A stretch of 64,000 nucleotides of DNA from Octopus vulgaris (Eukaryota), in assembly GCA_951406725.2 (NCBI GenBank), contig OX597836.1, forward strand, positions 48,484,001 through 48,548,000, given 5' to 3'. Below the pieces are notes generated by a model that saw nothing but the letters and a program-made list of their open reading frames with translations, was not told the origin of the DNA and made no database searches. Of this stretch, positions 51,501-64,000 are shown piece by piece. Each line of letters begins with the position of its first letter. Within the stretch, counting starts at the first letter, position 1. The position numbers were made by a program, and so were the translations under genes.

Positions 51501-52611
51501 TCATCATCATCATCGTTTAGCATCCGTTTTCCATGCTAGCATGGGTTGGACGGTTCTACTGGGGTCTGTGAAGCCAGAAGGCTTCATCAGGCCCAGTCAA
51601 ATCTGGCAGTGTTTCTACGGCTGGATGCCCTTCCTAACGCCAACCACTCCGTGAGTGTAGTGGGTGCTTTTTACGTGCCACCCGCACAGGTACCAGACAG
51701 AGCTGGCAAACGGCCACGAACGGATGGTGCTTTTTTATGTGCCACCGGCACGAGGGCCAGGCGAAGCTGGCAACGGACACGAACGGATGGTGTTTTTTAC
51801 GTGCCATCGGCACGAGGCCAGTCGGGGCGGTGCTGGCAACGGTCGCGAAACGGAAGGTTCTCTTACATGCCACCGGCACTGGTAACACATCTGCAATTTC
51901 CATCGATCGATTTCGATTCTGATCCTCACTTGCCTCAACAGGTCTTCACAAGTAGAGTTTTGTGTCCCAAGAAGGGAAGGTATGCATACGTAGGCTGGCT
52001 CCATCCCATGTAGAGGGCCACGGGTTATGGACTCACTTGTCCTGCCGGGTCTTCTCGCGCACAGCACACTTCCAGAGGTCTCGGTCTCTAGTCATTTCCT
52101 CAGTGAGACCTAAAGTTCGAAGGTCGTGCTTCACCACCTCGTCCCAGGTTTTCCTGGGTCTGCCTCTTCTGCAGGTTCCCTCAACAGCTAGGGTGTGGCA
52201 CTTTTTCACACAACTATCTTCATCCATTCTCGCCACATGACCATACCAGCGCAAACGTCTCTCTTGCACACCACAACTGATGCTTCTTAGGTCCAGCTTT
52301 TCTCTCAAGGTACTTACACTCTGCCGAGTATGAGTACTGACATTACACATTCATCGGAGCATACTGGCTTCATTTCTTGCGAGATTACGCATATCCTCAG
52401 CAGTCACGGCCCATGTTTCACTGCCATGTAGCATGGCTGTTCGTACACACGCATCATACAGTCTGCCTTTCACTCTGTGCGAGAGGCCTTTTGTCACCAG
52501 CAGAGGTAAGAACTCTCTGAACTTTGCCCAAGCTATTCTTACTCTAGCAGTTACACTTTCAGCACACCCGCCCCCGCTGCTGACTTGGTCACCTAGGTAA
52601 CGGAAACTATC

Positions 52612-52614
<3 letters not shown>
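51501..52614 (-). mobile_element. RTE-clade LINE, 5'-truncated 3' end
   Basis: [22 protein letters not shown]...RRLRWYGHVARM...RGRPRKTWDEVV with one in-frame TGA; (GAT)n tail; both ends abut (TA)n. Confidence 0.9.
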
Positions 52615-52661
<47 letters not shown>

Positions 52662-52692
52662 ATGTATGTATATATGTATGTATATATGTATG

Positions 52693-52726
<34 letters not shown>

Positions 52727-52796
52727 TATGTATATGTATGTATATATATATATGTATATGTATGTATATATGTATGTATGTATATATGTATGTATG

Positions 52797-52867
<71 letters not shown>

Positions 52868-52896
52868 ATGTATGTATATGTATATGTGTGTATATG

Positions 52897-52937
<41 letters not shown>
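52615..52937. repeat. (TA)n/(TATG)n microsatellite
   Basis: Directly visible. Confidence 0.95.
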
Positions 52938-52939
<2 letters not shown>

Positions 52940-53675
52940 TTTATTTAAAGCAGTGGAAAATTCAACAAAACCTGTTACTCTGAGTTTCACGTCCCCGAAA
53001 ACAATCTCTTACTGTTAATGGCGAACATGTTTCTAGATCGTAGGCGAGAAATTGCCTAATTTCTTTCGTCAGCACCATATTCGATAGATTTATCAAATGC
53101 CATCAGCCTCCACCTCTGACCAGGCGTCATCAGATAGTGGGGGGAAGTGTGCATAGGTTAAAACTAAGCAAACGACTGGGACCATAAATTTTCCCTCCAA
53201 AATTCTGCTATGGGATAATCGCAATGGAGTAAGAAATCCAAATGGTAATATAATAAAAAGGGTAAATTTTAGACAACCAACAATTACTTGCTGCCATTTC
53301 TAATTCTTTCAGTATGCAGCAGAGCAACCTGTTGCCTGCCCTTTTAATTATATTTACTATATATACTGAATTCTACAGAAGTTCCTGACGCTAAAAGTCA
53401 TATTTACATACCGAAATTTACTGGTAAATAATTGTTGGTTGTCTAAAGAACCATGAAAAAATTATTTACCCTTTTTATTATATATATATATATGTGTGTA
53501 TGTGTGTGTATGTATATGTATATATATGTGTGTATATGTATATATATATATATATATATGTGTATATGTATATATATATATGTGTGTATATATATGTATA
53601 TATATATGTGTGTGGACGCTAAATGATGATGATATATATATATATACATACATACATACATATATGATTTGCATG

Positions 53676-53801
53676 TAGGGGTGGTTGTGTGGTAAGTAGC
53701 TTGCTTATCACATATTTCCAGGTTCAGTCCTACTGTGTGGAACCTTGGGCCAGTGTCTTCTACTATAGCCTTGTTCCAACCAAAACTGAAAGAAGCTCAT
53801 C

Positions 53802-53854
<53 letters not shown>

Positions 53855-54065
53855 CATGTGTGTGTGTTTGTCCTACCCCACAACATCACTTGACAATTGA
53901 TGCTGGTGTGTTTATGTCCCCGTAACTTAACAGTTCGGCAAGAGAGACTGATAGAATAAGTACTAGGCTTATAAAGAATAAGTCCTGGTGTCGATTTGCT
54001 TCACTAAAGGTGGTGCTCCAGCATGGCCATAGTCAAATGACTGAAGCAAGTAAAAAAGTAAAGAG
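53676..54065 (+). mobile_element. tRNA-derived SINE (same family)
   Basis: Head, internal (TA)n and tail present. Confidence 0.8.
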
Positions 54066-54484
54066 TATATATATGTGTGTGTGTGTGTGTGTGTATAATG
54101 TAGTGTGTATGTGTGAGGGACTGATTAAGTGTGTCACTTGCCAAATAAGTTCATGTTTGATATCTATAAATGCTTTTATCTTGCTTCAGTCATTGGACTG
54201 TGGCCATACAAGTGCATTTCCTTGAATGGTTTTCGTTGAATAAATCAACCCCAGTATTTATTTATCTTTAAAGTCTGGTCATTATTCTATCAGTCTCTTT
54301 TGCCGAATGACTAGATTACAGGGTTGTAAACAAAACAACACCAGTTGTCAAGTGATGGGGGCCTCCACAAACTCTGAGGCGCACACACTTACACGCATTA
54401 TCCTCATCCCACCCCCCTTGGTTGTTCTTTCTCTTTGCCTTTGTGTTTTCACTTTATTGTTGCACTATAAACACACACACACAC

Positions 54485-54882
54485 GTGGCTGTGTGGTAAG
54501 TAGCTTGCTAACCAACCACATGGTTCCGGGTTCAGTCCCACTGCGTGGCATCTTGGGCAAGTGTCTTCTGCTATAGCCCCGGGCCGACCAATGCCTTGTG
54601 AGTGGATTTGGTAGACGGAAACTGAAAGAAGCCTGTCATATATATGTATATATATATATATATATCTATATGTATGTGTGTTTGTGTGTCTGTGTTTGTC
54701 CCCCTAGCATTGCTTGACAACCGATGTTGGTGTATTTACGTCCCCGTCACTTAGCGGTTCGGCAAAAGAGACCGATAGAATAAGTACTAGGCTTACAAAA
54801 GAATAAGTCCTGGGGTCGATTTGCTCAACTAAAGGCGGTGCTCCAGCATGGCCGCAGTCAAATGACTGAAACAAGTAAAAAA
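54485..54882 (+). mobile_element. tRNA-derived SINE (same family)
   Basis: Near-consensus full-length copy. Confidence 0.85.
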
Positions 54883-54941
54883 ATATATATATATATATAA
54901 GTGTAGGCATGGCTGTGTCGTAAGAAGTTGCCTCCACACAC

Positions 54942-54978
<37 letters not shown>

Positions 54979-55731
54979 GAAGTGCAATGGCCCAGTGGTT
55001 AGTAAATATGTATATATTTACTACTATTTCCCTCTGTATTTGATACAAAGATCTCCCACATCTTCTCGTGACCTTTGTCCATTTGATTCTGTACAACCTC
55101 TGTCCACTTGTGAGATTCTTTTGCTCTTCATTGTTCTTGGTCAAGTAGACCTAGTGCTTCCTCTTGAACCTTAGACTGTCCGTTTTATTTCTCAACATGC
55201 AACCTTGACTTTGTACCTATCTACAAACTAACCCCCCCCCCACACACACACACCCAGTGCCATACAGCTTCTGCCTATTAAAATCCCACTTGCAGTGTAA
55301 TGGTTTTCAGAACACCAATTGCTCTGTAGTGGAATCAAGTTTGGGACCATGAGATTGTGAAGGGACCTTTGCAATCACATATCTTTATTTTCACTTGGTG
55401 TTTGTGTTCCGTAGGAGATATCCCATTCAGTTTGTGAGTATATATATGTATCTATATATCATCATTCTCATTTAACGTCTGTTTTCGATGCTGGTATGGG
55501 TTGGACGGCTTAACGGAACTGATGAGGCCAGGTGCTGCACCAGGATATATTTGTTTTAATCATCAGAAACTTACAAAAGTGACTCAGGTGCTGAGAGGGT
55601 GTATTTCAATTCAGCCTGGAATGTTCATTTGAATATGAATATTGTAGAGTCACCTGATAATCAGTAAAATTCAAAGTCTGCTTGTTAAACAGGTGAGTAG
55701 GTTTCAGACAAATATATACAAGTCAATGGGT

Positions 55732-56118
55732 TACTCTTTTACTCTTTTACTTGTTTCAGTCATTTGACTGCGGCCATGCTGGAGCACCACCTTTAATCGA
55801 GCAACTCGACCCCGGGACTTATTCTTTTGTAAGCCCAGTACTTATTCTATCGGTCTCTTTTGCCGAACCGCTAAGTGACGGGGACATAAACACACCAGCA
55901 TCGGTTGTCAAGCAATGCTAGGGGACAAACACAGACACACAAACACACACACGCATATATATATATTTATATATACATATATTCGACAGGCTTCTTTCAG
56001 TTTCCGTCTACCAAATCCACTCACAAGCTATAGTAGAAGACATTTACCCAAGTGGGACTGAACCCGGAACCATGCGGTTGGTAGACAAGCTACTTACCAC
56101 ACAGCCACTCCTGCGCCT
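55732..56118 (-). mobile_element. tRNA-derived SINE (same family)
   Basis: Inverted relative to the 54485 copy, ~850 bp away. Confidence 0.85.
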
Positions 56119-56424
56119 ATGTATATTTAAAGTAAAATGTCCATATAATTATATATGGGTATCCATAATATGTATAAGCTATATATATACACATTCTTTT
56201 ATTCTTTAATTTGTTTCAGTCATTTGACTGTGGCCATGCCGGAGCACAACCTTTAGTCAAACAAATTGCTCCCAGGACTTATTCTTTGTAAGCCTAGTAC
56301 TTATTCTATCTATATCAAAACACGAATTTCATGTATTTATATAGTAAAACTTTATATACTGACCTGCCTAACCTTGCTTATCCCAACATGTATTTCTACA
56401 CACACATAATATATATATATATAA

Positions 56425-56482
<58 letters not shown>

Positions 56483-56497
56483 AGAAAATATATATAT

Positions 56498-56532
<35 letters not shown>

Positions 56533-56762
56533 TGTGGCAGTGTTTCTACAGCTATATATATATTTTATGTGCCACCGACACAGGTAGGCTGGCAGACGGC
56601 CATCGGATGGTGTTTTTTATGTGCCACCGACACAGGTAGGCTGGCAGACGGCCACGCTATATGTAGGTGCCAGACGAGGCTGGCAGACGGCCACGCTCGG
56701 ATGGTGTTTTTTATGTGCCACCGACACAGGTGCCAGACGAGGCTATATATATATATATGGTG

Positions 56763-56890
<128 letters not shown>

Positions 56891-57078
56891 TATATATATA
56901 TACGTTTAAATATTTGTTGTGCAAGATTTTTTATGTGAAGTCGTGTGTTGAAACAGATATTGTTATATTTCGGAATGGTCATATTGCCAGTTTAGCCAAT
57001 AAAAACACACGCACTATATATTTGGTGTTATTTTGCTTCAGTGATATTTATTTTTTACATTAATCTTAATCTTATTTC

Positions 57079-57123
57079 GGCCAAAGTTCTTTCGTCACAC
57101 TCCTGTGACCGCATCAGTGGTCC
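57079..57123 (-). ncRNA. Inverted copy of the hammerhead-like motif in the left pseudo-LTR
   Basis: Exact reverse complement of 59720-59764. Confidence 0.55.
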
Positions 57124-57324
57124 TTTGTTTTCTTCTCACTTACTTGTGTCTCTCCTTACTAACCGTCAGCCATTTTGTATTTCTATTGTATGTCTTCATT
57201 TGCGCATGCTTATATCTCTATGTGCGTCTATGTTTATTTAGTGTGTGGGGGGGACCATAAAGGTTTTACTGACCCTATAGCAGGACCACCAACAAGACCA
57301 GTCTGTGGAGCGAATATTTAGTGT

Positions 57325-59204
57325 GTGTGCAAGGACCATAAAGGTTTTACTGACCCTATAGCAGGACCACCAACAAGACCAGTCTGTGGAGCGAATATCG
57401 CTAGCAATTACAGAATCTCCTACTTCCTCTCAATGATCATACGCCCTATAATCAGGATGTCACCTGATGTATGTGACAGCACAGAAGATCTCCTAAGCAG
57501 GATCAGTGACTGTAACAAAACTTGTGACTTGACAGGATGTATAGTAGGTAGCATGGATGTGGTATCCCTATACCCATCGATTGACGTAGATTTTGCAGTG
57601 GAGAAGTGCGTGGAGATGATCAACGAGAGCCAGGTGGAGTTCTGTAATGTCGACACAGAAGAACTGGGCCTCCTACTTAGACTGACATATAATAGTGAAT
57701 ACTTAGATAAACATAATCTTAGTAGTTTCTGCCCCAGTAGATGTTTAAGAGGTAGACCGCCTACAATTACTTCTATGGCTAGGAAGACACATATAGAAAG
57801 ATGGCGCGGATGGACCAGAGCCATACGGAGCCCCGCAAATGTCCATCAGGTAAAGAAAATGATCGCACATGCACTAGGAGCTAGTATAAGAGTTACCCTA
57901 AAAGGCCACACATTTAAATTTAATAATAAAATATATGCCCAGGACGAGGGGCAGCCATCGGTGTTAGTATCGCTGGTGATGTGGCCAACCTCTTCATGGT
58001 ATGGTGGGACAGAAGGCTTAAAGAATGCCTACTGCAGAAATCCATACTCGTAAACATGTACTCTCGCTATGTTGATGATATCAATATAGTAGTAAAGGCA
58101 CCCCCACAAGAGAGTACGGTTGATATAGTAATAGAAACTAATACTATGGAGAGCATCCAGCAAATAGCTAACTCCATCCACCAGAGTATTAAGGTCACAA
58201 TAGACTACCCCACTAAACACCCCAACCATAGACTACCAGTACTAGACACTGAACTCTGGCTAGAAATTGTGAAAAATAAAACCCAAATCCTTCATTCATA
58301 CTATGCAAAACCTATGGCCTCAAAATACCTGATCCACCGGAACTCAGCCATTGCGGGCAATGCCAAATTCAATATTTTGATGGCAGACCTCGTCAGAATA
58401 ATGAGAAATGTGTCACGCATGTGCGAGCCTACAGAATTAAAGAGACACATACAGTATTTCATTCACCGCATGCAGTTCTCAGGTTACAGCCATAAAGAAA
58501 GGATCAGAGTATACAAAGGAGCCACGAAGAAATTTGATAATATATTATGTAATGATAGGAATGGGATTTGCCCACTCTATAGGAACAAGTCATGGAACAC
58601 TATAGAAAGGACAAAAAAGAAAATAAGGAAGGCCAACTCTTGGTATGATAGCCATAAATACCAGAGTGTCATGTTCGTTGACACCACCCCTGGAGGTGAA
58701 CTAGCGTACCGCTTTAGAAGGACCCTAGATAAACTTAAACTAAGAATTAAGGTTGTTGAAAAGCCAGGCAACCCTATCAGATCTATAATTGGTAGAACCT
58801 ATCCTTTTAGTAGAACTCTCTGTACGGATAACTATTGCACTGTATGTAGATTTAGCCCACAAACGAACTGTAAAGCCAGAAATGTGGTCTATAGTATAAG
58901 ATGTATAGAGGGACGATGCAGTAACAAGACAGTAACATACGTAGGGGAAACTGCAAGAAGCATTGGTGAGCGGGTGAATGAACATTGGAGACAACTCAAG
59001 GAAGGTAAAAGCTCATCGATTCTGTACCAACACGCCGAACAAGAACACGGGGGATCAATCAATAACATAGAGATTAAGATATTGTCCACACATAGAACAG
59101 ATGCAACAATTAGACAAATTACAGAAGCTACACATATAATAGAAAATAAACCTAGCCTGAATAGAAAACTAGAATGGAGCAATAGCGCACACCACAACAT
59201 ATGA
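57325..59204 (+). pseudogene. Penelope-like reverse transcriptase + GIY-YIG endonuclease ORF, one frameshift near 57950, N-terminus missing
   Basis: KDHK..PTRPVCG, GSMDVVSLYPSI (motif A), QDEG|AAIG (motif B, restored by adding one G to GGGG), YSRYVDDI (motif C), LPVLD, linker [32 protein letters not shown] (GIY-YIG). Confidence 0.92.
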
Positions 59205-59719
59205 CAATAGTGGATCCTGCAAACATAATAAATACACAGGTAATTAAAGAAATAGAAATGAATATCTATGTGTATGTATATGTGTATATATATGTATATG
59301 TATATGTGTATATATGTGTGTATATATGTATATATATATATGTATATGTATGTGTATGTATATATATATATATGTATATGTATATTCTTTTTTTTTTTTT
59401 TTTTCTCGATTAGATTTATTATTATTATTACTAATATTGTTGTTATACATACATACAAGCATATGTAATGATAATAATGGGTGGATGTAAACACATGAAC
59501 AAAATTAGAACAAAAGCAACAACAACAAAAACAAAATACAAATTACAAGAATGTATATAACCAGAAGATACAAATATTACAGACATCCCCCCCCACACAC
59601 ACTAAATAAACATAGACGCACATAGAGATATAAGCATGCGCAAATGAAGACATACAATAGAAATACAAAATGGCTGACGGTTAGTAAGGAGAGACACAAG
59701 TAAGTGAGAAGAAAACAAA

Positions 59720-59764
59720 GGACCACTGATGCGGTCACAGGAGTGTGACGAAAGAACTTTGGCC
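59720..59764 (+). ncRNA. Hammerhead-ribozyme-like motif (minimal type I variant) in Penelope pseudo-LTR
   Basis: GGACCA-CTGATGCG-GTCACA ggag TGTGAC-GAAA-GAACTT-TGGCC: perfect 6-bp helix II, GAAA, rudimentary helix III, short helix I. Core deviates from CUGANGA. Minimal hammerheads are established features of PLE pLTRs. Confidence 0.55.
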
Positions 59765-59878
59765 GAAATAAGATTAAGATTAATGTAAAAAATAAATATC
59801 ACTGAAGCAAAATAACACCAAATATATAGTGCGTGTGTTTTTATTGGCTAAACTGGCAATATGACCATTCCGAAATAT

Positions 59879-62821
<2,943 letters not shown>

Positions 62822-62822
62822 C

Positions 62823-63100
62823 GGAGGCGCAATGGCCCAGTGGTTAGGGCAGCGGACTCGCGGTCGCAATTCCCAGGCCGGGCGTTGTGAGTGTTTATTG
62901 AGCGAAAACACCTAAAAGCTCCACGACGCTCCGGCAGGGGGTGGTGATCCCTGCTGTACTCCTTCACCACTCTTTCTCTCACTCTTTCTTCTGTTGGCCT
63001 GCTCGCAAGCGGGGTGGCGTCATTCGAAGGCTAAAACAATGCAAACGTATTGTGACCAGCGATGTGTAACAACATCTGATGGTCTGGTTGGTCACGTGAT
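62823..63100 (+). mobile_element. tRNA-derived SINE, fourth family
   Basis: ggaggcgcaatggcccagtggttagggcagcggactcgcggtcg head (A box; B box partly deleted); ends ggtcacgtgat; flanked by TA. Confidence 0.65.
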
Positions 63101-63329
63101 ATATATATACATAGTCGCGTGCTAAGTAGCTTGCTTACCAACCACATCAAGGTTAGGCAGGTCAGTATATAAAGTTTTACTATATAAATACATGAAATTC
63201 ATGTTTTGATATAGAAAAACTTTATATATTGATCTTACTTGCTTATCCCTACATTTATTCCTATCCCCCCTCAAGTTTAAACTTCATAAGCACGACTTAG
63301 TGTATTCTATACACAGAATATCTGACTCT

Positions 63330-63700
63330 CAGGAGTGGCTGTGTGGTAAGTAGCTTGCTTCCCAACCACATTGTCCTGGGTTCAGTCCGACTGTGTGGCA
63401 CCCCGGGCAAGTGTCTTCTACTCTAACCTCGAGCTGCCCAAAGCCTTGTGAGTGGATTTGGTAGACGGAAACTGAAAGAAGCTCGTCATGTGTGTATACA
63501 TATATGTGTATGTATGTGTGTCTGTGTTTGTCCCCCCAACATCGCTTGACAACCGATGCTGGTGTGTTTACGTCTCTGTGACTTAGCTGTTCGGCAAAAG
63601 AGACTGATAGAATACATACTAGGCTTACAAAGAATAAGTTCTGGGGTCGATTTGCTTGACTAAAGGCAGTGCTCCAGCATGACTGAAACAAATAAAAGAA
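63330..63700 (+). mobile_element. tRNA-derived SINE (same family)
   Basis: Head, body and shortened tail. Confidence 0.8.
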
Positions 63701-64000
63701 TATACTCTGTTGAAAAGAAAGTCATTAAGGGTATAAACATAAATCTATGCTCAAACGTGTATTGAAGCATGAAGCAGATTAAATTCTCTTCATAAACAAA
63801 ACTTGAATTATTTTTACTTCCATTCAGGCAACTTTCCTATTAACACAAGCTTACCACAGCTTTCTTACATTGTACACAGCTTTGAAAACTGGTCCCATCT
63901 GAAGTTTTAAAAACAAAAAAATTTAATCAACAATGAGTCCAAAACGATGGAGTGAATTATCAAAAGTTAATCAAGTAGACCTTGTCTCCTGCAATGTAAA

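Noticed and set aside
57981-59204. Selenoprotein-type in-frame UGA as reported for some Naiad elements
   Set aside because: No internal TGA in the visible RT/EN frames; the terminal TGA follows the endonuclease and a TAG comes two codons later.
62823-62900. tRNA gene
   Set aside because: T-arm/B box truncated and it continues into a SINE body; the other tRNA-like heads are likewise SINEs.

Overview
AT-rich, microsatellite- and SINE-dense eukaryotic DNA; the repeat repertoire is most consistent with an octopus (coleoid cephalopod), which is an inference. One host gene is clear: the 5' part of RNA exonuclease 1 homolog (REXO1) on the minus strand, with coding exons 44374-44260, 15678-13247 (2432 bp) and 3871-3779, phase-compatible GT-AG junctions, and the exonuclease domain presumably beyond position 1. 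Upstream, 46.5-48.3 kb holds CpG-richer, YY1-motif promoter-like patches and a possible divergent first exon. The rest is transposon-derived: several tRNA-SINE families, RTE and R4/Dong LINE 3' ends, two mariners, Helitron, piggyBac, hAT and Tigger MITEs. The most notable structures are (1) a 5'-truncated, otherwise near-intact Penelope-like retroelement (RT + GIY-YIG, Naiad/Neptune-like) with ~300-bp inverted terminal repeats carrying a hammerhead-ribozyme-like motif, embedded in (TA)n arrays up to 2.9 kb; (2) a set of small fold-back elements at TA/TG microsatellites, one clearly homologous to that terminal repeat and several turning around next to GAAA..UC hammerhead-like half-motifs; (3) a 5S rRNA head fused to a tRNA-SINE tail (candidate 5S-derived SINE); (4) a candidate poison exon whose donor lies in a perfect palindrome. 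All calls were made by eye with no database search; repeat boundaries are approximate.
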